Assembly: GCA_964016885.1 (NCBI GenBank)
Contig: OZ024754.1
Span: forward strand, 41,788,001-41,852,000
Length of the DNA: 64,000 nucleotides
From: Eledone cirrhosa
Taxonomy: Eukaryota
Reading direction: 5' to 3'
Position numbers and translations under genes: made by a program. Within the stretch, counting starts at the first letter, position 1. Every line of letters starts with the position of its first letter. Shown here piece after piece: positions 27,933 to 41,397 of the stretch. The notes below the pieces were generated by a model. It had not been told where the DNA came from. It searched no databases and worked only from the letters and a program-made list of their open reading frames with translations.

Positions 27933-28769
27933 CACCAGCACTCTTCTAGGTGCTCAGATAGGCCAGGGGAGGTTGCTATAGCTTTCACACAGTTGTAGAA
28001 TCCCCCATAAATTCACATGAGGAATTGTCCCACATCTTGTAAGATATTTACTTGCAATTGACTGGTTTCTTATCCAGGGGAAGATTTGTATCTCATCCAA
28101 TCCATACTTTCTCCATACTGGGACCCTAACATAGAATGTATGAACACCCCTGTTTAATAATGGATTGATTAGAATAGTTTACTAAATGGTGAATAGTTGT
28201 TTGAAAATATATTTGATTTAGTTTACTTTGTATTTTTATCATTTCATTTAGGCTCAGGCTGTAAAAGCTATGCACTGATCAGATATTCTAGATATAGATC
28301 AACTAGGTCTGTTCATATGCTCAGGGGTGTTAAAAAGATATAGAAACTATATTCACTGCAACACACACATACCATTCCCTATATTTGATAACATTATCGA
28401 ATTGTATTTTTTGTGTTATACAATCTTCCATTAAAATATTTCTTTTTGATCTTTTAATACCCAAGAGAAATATTAACGAAAGATTATTGATTTCTATTGA
28501 TACCATTATTGCATTCTGTAATAAACATTTTCAAGTGGTAAGAACTGAATCTTTTACTTTGTAACATTTTGGTTTAATGTTTTAAAGTATTCATCATATC
28601 TATTACACTTGGAACTCTTTCTAAGTATGGAAACTATTGGTATTTTGATGGGTTTTGGGGGGATTTTTTTAGCCTATGTTTTACCTTGTGAAAATTTATT
28701 TCATCCTTATAATCATTGGTTTTACAATCGCCATCTTGTTTTGTAATTTTGTTGTTGTATTTTTGTATA

Positions 28770-28995
28770 TTTATCATCATCATCATTTTACATCCGCTTT
28801 TCCCTGCTTGCAAGGGTGGAATGGGTCCTATTCAGCACAGCATCTCTCCACTTGTCACGGTCCTTTGTCATCTCCTCTGTGAGCTTCTGAGGTCTGCTCT
28901 CACCACCTCCGCCCATGTTTTTCCTGGTCTTCCTTCCACTGGCATTTCTTGGCACTTCTTTACCCAGCGGTCATCCTCCATGCACATCACATATT
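28770..28995 (-). mobile_element. RTE LINE 3' fragment
   Basis: Same family as 46590-46815, with a (GAT)n tail. Confidence 0.75.
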
Positions 28996-29561
28996 ATTGG
29001 AACAAAATTTCTATAGAGTCTCTTTCTTCCCCGTGTTGATATTGAATCAAGCCATAAAATTCCTGTATCATCGGTGTTGTTCGTGTACCATTTGATCGCT
29101 CTGTCCCTTCTTTTTATTTTATTCTTTCGTTTGAGCCAGGAAGAATATGTTAGTGATGCTAGTTATTATTCTCAGTCACGGTTTGCAGTAAATGTTGTGT
29201 TGTAACCCATATTCCTATGGTTTATTGTAAATACTTGGTAAACCCACTTGTGTGCTGAGTGTGCTGCTGTACTCTGTCACCAAATGCAGGAGTTGAGGAC
29301 TCATCAGGCAGGTGTTTCAGCAACTCTTAATCACTTTTCTCAGTTATTTCAGCCATGCATGGTCTTTTCTTTGGTGTTCTGTTGATTTCTAAACTAATCT
29401 GAGTAAATATTTCCTGAGTAATACAATTGATTGATCTCATTGGTTGATCTAACCCAATCAAAGCTAATCAACCCTAATCAACACTTTAATGCCGTCTATC
29501 ACAAAATCTCCATTTGTTTTGTTTTTTTGGTATTAAAATTCATTTTCCTTTTCTTTTCCAG

Positions 29562-29660
29562 GTAAATCTTTAAATGGATTTATTGAAAATGTTCCTTGGC
29601 ATATCACACCAGATTATCTTGTCCCAACGTTAGGACATTTTACAACTCTCCACAATCTTG
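29562..29660 (+). CDS. RIPOR: Candidate coding exon (99 bp, phase 1/1) of the RIPOR/FAM65-like gene: (G)KSLNGFIENVPWHITPDYLVPTLGHFTTLHNL
   Basis: Strong polypyrimidine acceptor ttttccttttcttttccag and donor G|gtaagt. The frame is open and phase-compatible with the exons at 46941 and 50421. The peptide has no recognisable homology, so it is assigned to this gene by position and phase. Confidence 0.7.
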
Positions 29661-29764
29661 GTAAGTATTGAATCCTACCAGGCTTCATTTTGTCTTTCAT
29701 CTCTCTGGGATTGGTAAAAGTCCCAGTTACGTACTGGGGACTTGTGACTCTGTTATTACTTATT

Positions 29765-30115
29765 AAATGCAGTAGATTGGCAGAATCGGTAGAGTGTCAG
29801 ACATCAAGGTCCTTAACGTTCCGAGTCCAAATCCCGCCAAGGTTAACTTTGCCTTTCTTCTTTACAGGGTCAATAAAATAAAGCACCAGTAATGCACTGG
29901 GGTAATTGCCGACCTTGTGCCCAAAGTAGGAACAATTATTTATTACAGGTGGGAGTTTAAATCCTAACTGAAGTCAACTTTACCTTTCATCTCTCTGGAA
30001 TTGATAAAATAAAATAAAAATACAACAAAGTTCTGCTCTTGATAAAATCAACTTCATCTTTCTCTTCTTCCTCCTCAAATGCTGGTCTTGGACCTAGAGT
30101 AGAAACCATCATTAT
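29765..30115 (+). mobile_element. Diverged tRNA-SINE copies
   Basis: Same family as 30279. Confidence 0.7.
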
Positions 30116-30278
30116 TATTGCTGTTGTTGTTTCTCACAAATAAATTAGAATTGTTGTCCTTAAGGTCGGGTCACAAATAGCTTTCTAAAAGCTCACTCAA
30201 GGACCTCTTGCTAATCACTCTTACTCTACTCTGACCCTGTGATTCCAACTTGAGATTAGATTTCATTATATATTTATA

Positions 30279-30790
30279 GGGCGGTGGATTGGCAGTATCG
30301 GTAGAGGGTCGGACGCCATGCTTTCCAGCATAGTTACGTCCCTTTACGATCTGAGTTCAAATCCCGCCGAGGTTGACTTTGCCTTTCATCCTTACGGGGT
30401 CGATAAAATAAAGTACCAGTAATGTACTGGGTAATTGCTGGCCTTGTGCCTAAAGTAGAAACAATTATATATTTATCCCGCCAAGGTTAACTTTGCCTTT
30501 CATCCTTACGGGGTCGATAAAATAAAGTACCAGTAATGTACTGGGTAATTGCTGGCCTTGTGCCTAAAGTAGAAACAATTATATATTTAATGTTGGATTG
30601 GCAGTATTGGTAGAGCGTCGGACACTATGCTTTGACGCATAGTGTTACGGCCCTTGCCATTCTGAGTTCAAATCCCGCCGAGGTTAACTTTACCTTTCAT
30701 CCTTACGGGGTCGATAAAATAAAGTACCAGTAATGCACTGGGTAATTGCTGGCCTTGTGCCTAAAGTAGAAACTATTATTATTATTATTG
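30279..30790 (+). mobile_element. Three tandem copies of a tRNA-derived SINE (about 190 bp)
   Basis: A-box-like TGGCAGTATCGG, B-box GAGTTCAAATCC, central gcctttcatccttacggggtcgataaaataaagtaccag, and an (ATT)n tail. Confidence 0.85.
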
Positions 30791-32581
30791 TCCAGTCAAT
30801 AATTCATCTTCCCAAGATTCTAGATTCTAGTTTTAATGTAATTAAAAACTATTTTAAATCCTGTTACACCTTCCATCAGGCCTCCATCATCCATATTAAT
30901 ATTTCAGTGATGACAAGGTGTCATCTGTCATAAGGTATTGCAATATCAAATTAAACATTAAAATAGTTAAACTTGACCATTATTCATTGATTTGCAAATA
31001 TTTCTCTTATTTTATGAAATCTTGCTGTTTTCTTTCGTGGAAATAACATAAATTTCCATTTATTATTTTAGTCCTTTTATTTTCACCATTGTAATTCTAT
31101 ATTGTCAAGTCAGATTCCTATCAAATAATCATGTATTTTGACAGTTTTAAACCAGTCACAATTGATTTAAGAAGGACACCAATTATTTCAGATATCTGTT
31201 ACCATATTTCTACTGAAAGACACAGTTCTAAACCAGTCATAAATCATTTAACCCATTTCTTACCATATTTCTACTGAAAGACAGTTTGTGATGTCAAATC
31301 ATTTTCAAAGTAGTCAAGAACTTGGAGGGAATTAGTAACTTAACTAACTTTCTCATTATTAAACTGGTGTTTGGAACATAACAAAGGTTTTTACATAAAA
31401 TTCTGAGGGAATGAATGTTTTTAGAACACTAGATATCAACACTGACCAAAACGAATCTTTATCAGTGTTGTTGTTGTTGTTATAGTTTTGTTTCTTCCAT
31501 GATACTAGCGTGTAATAGTGTCGGATGTGTTAATATATTCATATAAAAAATGATGAAACAAAGGACTTGTGGGGCTTGTTATGTTACAGCAGTATTCTTG
31601 CTATGAAAGACATGTCACTCAATGCTAAAGGGTCAACAATGACCTCTCTCAATGCTAAAAGGTCGACAGTGGCCTCTGTCAATGCTAAAGGGTCAACAAT
31701 GGCCTCTCAATGCTAAAGGGTAAAAAAAAAATACATGAAGAAATTAAAAAATAAAATTTGTGCAACTGATTTATAACAAACTGAACGTTCTTCCTCATGT
31801 TGATGATGATGATGATGATGATGATGTCTTGTTGGTATTCTGTAGTTGGAGGGTGGGATAGAAGTGAAGACCTTCCTTATCTCTACAATAGAAGAGTAGG
31901 TGTTAAGTGAAACAGATAACTGCTCTTGTCTCGTATTTCACTTTAATATTTGCTGACACTAATGTTATTATATTCTTCCCCATCGTCTCTGTCTCTCATT
32001 CTAAGACATTCTAGCTTCATTCTTTGCAATTGTTCACTACGATCTGAATTATTTCTTTTTTTAATGTTATCCACTTATTTCTTTTTTAATGTGTGAACAC
32101 AGAAGGGGGTTTTCTCCATAGTAAAGAAATATGTCTTGATGTTAAGCAACATGTTTTTGCTCTAAAATTGGAAATCTGTTTACCAACTTCTTTTCCTTTT
32201 TCTCCAGGAGCTTTTCCAATTCCCCCAATTCCCCCCCCCCCCCCCCACCAAATTTTAACAATATATTATTAGTTCTATGTATTTTTAGAAATAACACTTT
32301 GTAGGTTAGAGACACCAGCTAACCATGTCTCTATATATCTGGACACTATAGTCTTTGATTTGATCTATTTCTGAGGTAGAAAAGTACTTAAGTAATTCTG
32401 ATTTTGTAGTTTTTGTCATCTTTTTATGGCAGTCGATACTTTTAGACTTGGCAAGTTTCTGTTGAACTGACTACACTCAACTTGGTTTTCATTTATCATT
32501 GAAACTATTTTATTAATAATGTTCTTAGTAAATAAATAAGTTCCAGAACGCTCTGGTTCTCTCTATCTCTCTCTCTCTCTA

Positions 32582-32645
<64 letters not shown>

Positions 32646-32896
32646 AAATAACAACCAGTTACTATTTTAAATAATTATAAGTAGAGATGTTTATCTCTGC
32701 ATATTTTTTGGTTTTGTTTTATCTTGAAATAAACAACTTTCTCACGAAATATTATTGACTGTCATTTACTATCAATTTCTTTTCTTTTTCTTTTCTTTCT
32801 TTCTTTTTTTTTTTCTTTCTTTGAAAGAATTACAATCTTTAAGATATGATCAGCTTAAGAAATTATAGTGTTTACGATTCATTCCAAATTGCATTT

Positions 32897-33317
32897 TTTA
32901 TACAGGAATATTTTTACATAGTTGTTCCACTTACCAGGTGATATCTTTATACAAGAATACTTCTATATAGTTGTTCGACTTACCAGGTGATGTCTTTATA
33001 CAAGAATACTTCTATATAGTTGTTAGACTTACCAGGTGATGTCTTTATACAAGAATACTTCTATATAGTTGTTAGACTTACCAGGTGATGTCTTTATACA
33101 AGAATACTTCTATATAGTTGTTAGACTTACCAGGTGATGTCTTTATACAAGAATACTTCTATATAGTTGTTAGACTTACCAGGTGATGTCTTTATACAAG
33201 AATGCTTCCACATAGTTGTTAGAATTACCCGGTGATGTCTTTATACAAGAATACTTCTATATATTTGTTATAATTGTCACTTATTGGTGTCTTTATATAC
33301 AAGAATACTTCTATATT
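32897..33317. repeat. 49-bp minisatellite, about 8 copies
   Basis: Unit tacaagaatacttctatatagttgttagacttaccaggtgatgtcttta. Confidence 0.95.
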
Positions 33318-35094
33318 TGCTTAGAAAAAATTGAAGGTGATTTCTCACTGTAAAATATTGGTGTAAAATAAACGTATAAGAAAAGGGTGGTATATTTTAG
33401 TTTGTCTTCTCTTTCTAATAACTGTTGCTAATAAAAGATTTATCATCTAAAGAGAAGAAACTGGTTGCTCTTTCAATCATCATCAAACATTCTTCAGCGA
33501 TTTAGCAGAAAATATCTAAAAGTAGGTTTGTGAATTCAAATGTTTGTAGTATTTTTACTAATGGACATTTATCTTGGTGGTGTTTACTGTAATACTGTTA
33601 TACAGAGAAGTACCACACACACACACACACACGTGGAGGCACATGGCTTAGTGTTTAGGGTGTTAAACTCGTGATCATAATGCCATGGGTACAATTCCTG
33701 GACCAAGCAACATGTTGTGTTCTTGAGCAAGAGTCTTCACTACTATTATTAAAACACCTTTTATAAGATCTAATCTCGTAGGAGAGCAGCTAAACTTACA
33801 TAGGTGTGATTTGTAAATTACATTTAATTCCACACACATATCCCATCAGAATTGCTCTGTAATGATATATTTACATTTACCTTCCCAATCACTTGGATTG
33901 TTGTCAGGCGAGATCTGCATGATTTTCTTAATTGCTCTACTTTATCACAACTGTCAAATATTTCACTGAATTCTTCTTGCCAATACATCAATTGGATCTG
34001 TTTAATTCTTCACAAATATTGATCCTATTTGTAGCTTCCATTGAAGAATCTCTCCCTCCTTTCTATTGCCTTTCTCTTTCTCTACCTTTCCTCTCCCCTC
34101 CCCTCTTCTTGCAATTAAATTAAAATTTCTGACCATCACAATCATGTGACTCTCTCTTTAACAGTTTCCTTAAGTAGTGCAGTATTTTATTAAGGAACAA
34201 TGTTTATTCAGCTATTATTATATATCCTACATTAGATTTGTTGCAATATATATGATTAGTTGTAAGTATATTTCAAATGATATCAATTCACATCAACAAT
34301 TAGATTCATTTAATTGCAATATTCTTAATTAGATGTTTCGCAGGATTTAGCATAGTTGCTGTTTTATTCATAGACATTAGAACACATCTAATTTGTAACT
34401 ATTTACTAACGCAAGTGGCTTTTCTGATAGTTTAATATCAGTTGGAGAATAGCTAACACGCTTAAACTAATCATACATGATGATGGTTAACCCACACCTG
34501 AAATGGAGGAGATGCGTGTTGCTTCCATAAAACATTGTTCAACGTAAACACTTCTGTTCTCTTATTATTTCTCTTCCTCTTCTTTCCAATTTCAACATTG
34601 ATTCTGATAGAGCTTTGATAGTTTTTACTGCCGTTCTTGAAATACCAAACTGTTGCAGTTTTATCTGTTATAACACAGTGATAGATAATACACTTTCTTG
34701 AGAGATTCACCTTCAAATGCTCTTTATTGGTTTTAGTTATTATACTACTATTAATGCTAGGACACCGCTGTGATTTAGTTGATCATAATTATCTCAGTAC
34801 TGGTTTCAGTCTGTTAATGCTAGGACACCACCATGATTTAGTTGATCATAACTATCTCAGTACTGGTTTCAGTCTGTTAATGATGGGATAACTAAAATCT
34901 TTTTAGTAAAAGCATGGTATATACTACCAAATCATACTCAATTGCAAGTGATGGCTGTAGTTTGTGCATGTGTGTATATCATCATCATCATCATCATCAT
35001 TTTACGTCCGCTTTTCCCTACTTGCAAGGGTGGGACAGGTCCTATTCAGCACAGCATCTCTCTAATTGTCACAGTCCTTCATCTCCTCCGTGAG

Positions 35095-35255
35095 CTTCAA
35101 CCCGCCCATCCCCTCAATTTATCTTATTTCTCATTCTTTCTTTTGATGAAGGACTAGCATCCAAAACATTAAGACCCCTTCCTGCTATATCAAGTGTTAA
35201 CCTAATATATCCCTTCCATATACTGTACAGATTGTGTTATTTCTGTTTACCTTTT
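35095..35255 (+). mobile_element. Family B HHR-bearing element, core degenerate
   Basis: ttttgatgaaggactagcatccaaaacattaagac, homologous to 310-500 and 25510-25675. (TA)n lies downstream. Confidence 0.6.
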
Positions 35256-35281
35256 ACATACATACACATATATATATATAT

Positions 35282-35342
<61 letters not shown>

Positions 35343-35570
35343 AACAACCTATCACTTAGAGTTTTCGCTTTCTCTTATCTCTCTCTCTTTTTTCTTTTGT
35401 TTCTCTCTCTCTCTTTCTCCGTAACCCAACGGCTTATTTAAAAATATCCAATACAAATTTACATAATAGTATTAATAAAGTTATAACCCCACTATCCGGG
35501 AGCTTCCAACAGTAATGGTTGCATTCTTTAAGGGTATGTCAATATTTATCTATAAAACTGCTCTATATTA

Positions 35571-35635
35571 TATTTTATCTGATGAAAGCACACCATAATT
35601 TAACTTGGTGTCCTTGAAATATGTATAATGAAATA
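35571..35635 (+). ncRNA. Type I hammerhead ribozyme motif (AUA triplet) in an element of about 35340-35680 between (TA)n tracts
   Basis: UAUUUUAU-CUGAUGA-AAG c ACACCA...UGGUGU c CUU-GAAA-U augu A-UA^AUGAAAUA. Stem I is 8 bp, stem II is 9 bp, stem III is minimal and near-palindromic. Confidence 0.78.
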
Positions 35636-36912
35636 AATATGGTTTTATAAATATAGTTTCCATTTGTTAATATCGTATATATATATATGTGTGTGTCTGT
35701 GTTACAAATTAATATATATATTATAGATCACCGTTTTTTTAATAAATCAGATATTAGATGTTTCAAGTGAGAAATGTTAGGAATGTATGTTACAACCTCT
35801 AGTTTACATATTGAAAAGACAACAAGCACAAAAAAAAAAAAAACCTTGTGTGAGTCACAGAAAAGTTGTAAAAATTCTCCAGTGTAGACCAGAGTTGTGT
35901 TAGTGTCAGAAACCAAATGACAGTTTGCATAAGGAAGAAAATCAAGATGGGAAATTTCAGGTGTGAAGTTGGATCAACATTAGTAACAAATTGCTAAAAA
36001 ACATGTGAATGTTGTTTGTTGAGATGGAGTGATAAACCTCAACCAAAAGAATGAAGCAAAATGTAACTGACTGGGGAATTTTATTTTATTTCTTTTTAAT
36101 CTTTAACATTTTTCATTGTTTGATTTTATGACCAGGCAAAATATTTTCTGTCTGATTTAGAAAAAAACCGTTTTAGGAAATGGAAAGTTTTGTTTAGTGG
36201 TTTAAATTTAGTGCAAAATACTTTCAATTACAGTATCTCACCACTTGTATTCCTTTGTCATCCCCTTCATATAATCAACAAGGTGTATTTAGTGAGAAAC
36301 ATAAGATTGTACAGTTAACACTGTTCCCATGGCTGTTGGAATATATTACTTGTTAATTCCCTAAGGAAACTGACATATTGCCAAATAAATTAACAACTAA
36401 ACAGTTTACTATCACTTCACAAAATCAGTAATTTTCCAAGTACTGTTTCTCTTCGTTGAAAGGTGAGATAAATGACCTTGATTGCTTTTCCTTCAGTAGC
36501 AACTATCATATTCATATAAGATTAAATGATAAATACTTTACTACTTATTGTAATACTTTTTAAAGCTGAAATTGTAATTTCATCTTTGCAGTTAGAGTAT
36601 ATTTGTGTCTATTGATTCAGTAGGAAACTGAAGATTAGTGATTTGAATATTTTGGTTGTTTCTATCTTGTGGAATCACACTGTAAAGAACAAACCAATGA
36701 GAGAACTGGCTCTATTTAGTCTGGATATGAAATAGCATGTGATGCTTTAATAACCAACATTCATGCGATCCTATATATTGGTTCAATTACCATTAAAATA
36801 ATAATATAAAAAAATGGTAGGAGACGTGTTGACTACCAACTTCTACCCCTGTTTTCTAAGGTTATTGAAACAGTCATTAATAGTAATCTATAAAGGTTTC
36901 ACATTCTCCCTC

Positions 36913-37142
36913 TTAACCCTTTAGCATTAAAACCGGCCATTTCCGACCAGAATTCTCTCACATATTTCTTTTCAAACTGGCCATAACTGGCCACTCATAC
37001 TGATTTTAAGGTATTGTTCTCAAAATAAATAACATCAAAATCTTGTAGATTCAATATTATTGTGAGATATTTATGTGAGATAAAGCCTTTACCACAAAAA
37101 TACAATAGTATATATAGAGTCCTATAAATGCTAAAGGGTTAA
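36913..37142. mobile_element. piggyBac-type MITE, about 230 bp
   Basis: TTAA TSD and TIR ccctttagcatt/aatgctaaaggg. Confidence 0.85.
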
Positions 37143-37314
37143 TGATAATGTTTCTGTGAATACTGAAAACTGAATTTGTGATTTTCTGGGATACTGAAAT
37201 GGTTTCTAACCTGAAAATAACATGTTAAAACAAATATTGTTGTGTTATATATTAATAAAGCTCTTCACAAAATGTAGTTTGGACATTTTCTGACTGAATG
37301 TCTTAACTCTGGGT

Positions 37315-37522
37315 TTAACCCTTTAGCATTTAAACCGGCCATAACCGGCCAGAATTCCCTTACCTCTTTCTGTTCAAACTGTCTAGGTTAAGGTATTGTT
37401 CTCAAAATAAATGATATCAAAATCTCATAGATTCAATATTTTGTGAGATATTATGTAAGCTAAAGCCTTTACTTCGAAAATACAATAGTAAACATAAAGT
37501 AATGTAAATGCTAAAGAGTTAA
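37315..37522. mobile_element. piggyBac-type MITE
   Basis: Same TIR and TTAA. Confidence 0.8.
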
Positions 37523-38198
37523 ACTTTGAATTTTCTTGCTTATTATACTCACATGTGTTGACAATATTTTGAATTTCTAAATTCCAACATCTTCCAATGA
37601 AGTATCACTGTTTTAATGTTGTTCTCTTTATTGATGATTTGTTCTCAATCACCACAAAACCTTAAGTATGTAGAACACTTCTCTTGGAGGTAGGAAGTGA
37701 TCCTGATTACTGTAGGCCCTCCCTGATTGAGATTGGTGTGTGCAACACCCAGTTTTAGCAATGTTTGCAGTAAAAACATGAGTAAAGAGAACTGAAAGCC
37801 AGGTCTGAATATTGATAACAGAGTGAACTAGGATAGAAGCACCAAGAATTAGGTGCTCGTGTTATCTCTCATGCTAGGGTCAAATGCTCCTAAAAGCGAT
37901 CCATATTTTTCATCTATAACGTCTAATAGATATATTCTCTACTAGATATGTCATATTCTCTAAGAATATCTAAAATGTATGTTATTTATCTTATAGATGA
38001 AGAGTTAGACTTTGCCTCCATTACAACACTTAATTTAAGATATCTTCCAACAAGATATAGTTTGTCATCTCCAGTCACCTCCCTTAGGAGCCATATTGCT
38101 TAAATCTCTAATACTATGTTACTATACTTGGTTCACGCTTTAGAACCTCAAAATACTTAAGTAAATAAGAAGGTTAATTTGACTTTCAGGTCACAGCT

Positions 38199-38345
38199 AA
38201 CATTTTCTACTATATTAGTAATGTCACAACCAGGCCAGTCAACATTTTCTACTATATTAGTAATGTCACAACCAGGCCAGTCAACATTTTCTACTATATT
38301 AGTAATGTCACAACCAGGCGACAGTCAACATTTTCTGATATATTA
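38199..38345. repeat. 42-bp tandem repeat x3
   Basis: Unit aacattttctactatattagtaatgtcacaaccaggccagtc. Confidence 0.85.
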
Positions 38346-38535
38346 AGGTGATGTAAGGACTGCCAGGTCACAGTCCAGTCATAACATTATTAATGATGTA
38401 AGTAAAACTATTCACAGTTGTGAAGGGAGACTCGGACCGGGTAGGATTGACAGGAGAAAAGATATTTTTGAATTTCTAGAAATCTGTAGAATCTGGTATT
38501 GAGGATTTTGAATAACAACTCATTCTGTATCTCTT

Positions 38536-38835
38536 ACACACACACAGACACACACACAGACACAGACACAGACAGACACAGACACACAGACACACACACA
38601 GACACACACACACACACACACAGACACACACAGACACAGACACACACAGACACACACACAGACACACACAGACACACACACACACACACAGACACACACA
38701 CACACAGACACACACACACACACACAGACACAGACACACACACAGACAGACACAGACACACACAGACACAGACACACACAGACACACAGACACACACACA
38801 CAGACACACAGACACACACACACACACACACAGAG

Positions 38836-38927
<92 letters not shown>

Positions 38928-38937
38928 ACACACACAA
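38536..38937. repeat. (CA)n/(CAGA)n microsatellite
   Basis: Directly visible. Confidence 0.97.
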
Positions 38938-39367
38938 ATATAGTGACCTAAATCAATCTCTGTTTGTTACATTTATAAAGTGTGAAAATGAGATTTTACT
39001 AAAATTGATGGCTAATGTTTTAAACTATATTCTTTATTCTGCCTCCATTGCTGTTAACTAAACTGGGAGAAGAATTTACAAAACCACTTCAGAATTTGTT
39101 CAGCAGTCCAGTTTATTATTATTCAGAGCATCAGAAGGTTGCTTGTGTGTGTGTGTGTGTGTGTGTGTATATACACACATACATGTGTGTGTGTATATAT
39201 TTGTGTATATATGTACATGTGTGTGTGTGTGTGTGTGTGTGTATTTGTGTATATATATATATATGTGTATATATATATATATATATACACATACACACAT
39301 ATACATATACATGTGTGTGTGTGTGCATGTATATAAATATATATATATATACACACATATACATGTA

Positions 39368-39399
<32 letters not shown>

Positions 39400-39457
39400 C
39401 ACACGTGTGTGTGTGTGTATGTGTATATATATATACGTGTGAGTATATATGTGTATG

Positions 39458-39488
<31 letters not shown>

Positions 39489-39539
39489 ACACATAAATGT
39501 GTGTGTGCATGTATATATATATATATACACATATACATG

Positions 39540-39591
<52 letters not shown>

Positions 39592-39977
39592 TATATACTG
39601 AACAAGTAATTAGAATTGAGAAACAGGATGTAGCTGGCTTATTTGTTTTATAGTTCCTCCTTCGTTTATGGTATCTAATATTTCATGGCTGTGTTTAATA
39701 ATTAACATACTTTATAGTTTAACTAAATGGTTTCACTGCATTTGAATTTGTGCATTTCTACGGTTTACAGCATATCTCTTTGATGTGTATTACATTTGTT
39801 GTTGTTGTTGTTGTTGTTGTAGTGTACATCCAGGGTGTTTTTTTTGTGGGGGGAGGGGGCATAGTTTATCTAGAACTACATTATCCAATGTGTTCCTCTC
39901 ATTACTTTTGAAGCAGTAATGTATAATATGAAGGACATTTCGTTGCTATTTCTAGCAGACCTAGTGACGCTCTAGAC

Positions 39978-40765
39978 CAGTCATGGGTAAACTGCGATCC
40001 GTTTCGCTTTCTAAATGGCACACCTAATTTCAAATTTTTTTAGTAGTGTGGCCAACCCTATGATATACCACATCCTATATGGCCCACCTTATGATGGGCC
40101 ACATCCTATGTAGCTCATCTTATGATGGGCCACATCCTATGTAGCTCACCTTATGATGGGCCACATCCTATGTAGCTCACCTTATGATGGGCCACATCCT
40201 ATATGGCCCACCTTATGATGAGCCACATCCTATGTAGCTCACCTTATGATGGGCCACATCCTATGTGGCCCACCTTATGATGGGCCAAATCCTATGTGGC
40301 CCACCTTATGATGGGCCACATCCTATGTAGCTCATCTTATGATGGGCCACATCCTATGTAGCTCACCTTATGATGGGCCACATCCTATGTAGCTCACCTT
40401 ATGATGGGCCACATCCTATGTGGCCCACCTTATGATGAGCCACATCCTATGTGGCCCACCTTATGATGGGCCACATCCTATGTAGCTCACCTTATGATGG
40501 GCCACATCCTATGTGGCCCACCTTATGATGGGCCAAATCCTATGTGGCCCACCTTATGATGGGCCAAATCCTATGTGGCCCACCTTATGATGGGCCACAT
40601 CCTATGTAGCTCACCTTATGATGGGCCACATCCTATGTAGCTCACCTTGTGATGGGCCACATCCTAGGTGGCCCACTGTATAAAACGCCACATCCTATGT
40701 GGCCAACCCTATGAAGTACCACATTCTATACGGCTCACTGCTCAAAAATGGTTGCCCCATGTCTG
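39978..40765. mobile_element. hAT (Charlie-like) MITE with an internal 31-bp minisatellite
   Basis: TIR cagtcatgggtaa/ttgccccatgtctg, NTCTAGAN-type TSD ctctagac/atctagag, and homology to 20071-20185. Confidence 0.75.
40068..40735. repeat. 31-bp minisatellite, about 20 copies
   Basis: Unit gccacatcctatgtagctcaccttatgatgg. Confidence 0.95.
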
Positions 40766-40796
40766 ATCTAGAGCTTCCCTCATTGGGAATGGTTAT

Positions 40797-40988
40797 TACT
40801 GGCAGTATCAGTAGAGGGTCGGACGCCATGCTTTGCAGCATAGTTACGTCCCTTTACGGTCTGAGTTCAAATCCCACCGAGGTTAACTTTGCCTTTCATC
40901 CTTACGGGGTCGATAAAATAAAAAAATAAAGTACCAGTAATGTACTGGATAATTGCTGGCCTTGTGCCAAAAGTAGAAACAGTTATTA
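40797..40988 (+). mobile_element. tRNA-SINE copy
   Basis: Same family as 30279. Confidence 0.85.
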
Positions 40989-41397
40989 CATGTAAACCAT
41001 CCCTCAGTTATATTTCATCATCATCATCATGTTTTTCTTCCTTTCCTGTCATATTTCACCATCATACATACACATACACACACTCACACACTCACATACA
41101 TATTCATACATACATACACACACTCACACAAACACATAATACATTTACATACATACATACACGCACATTCATTTTTTTCATAAGTGTGGTTATGATTTGC
41201 TCTGATAACGTAATACAACACCACTGACTCCTTGTCAATAAGTTAAATCAGTCACGCTTCGCTGGAGCCTTACTCTACAACTATGAGTCAACAAGGAGTT
41301 TCTTTATGGTCACTCAACCTAACTAATCTCATCTATTCATTTAATATTTCTTTTACCATATTCTGTTTTTAGTTGGGCTCTATTTAATAAATGTAAT

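Noticed and set aside
27184-27998. Three 210-265 aa repetitive ORFs; possible CRISPR-like array
   Set aside because: This is a stop-free 58-bp tandem repeat with no unique spacers. No array in the window has repeat-spacer structure, and the DNA is eukaryotic.
30279-30375. tRNA gene suggested by A/B boxes
   Set aside because: No cloverleaf forms; this is the head of a multi-copy SINE.
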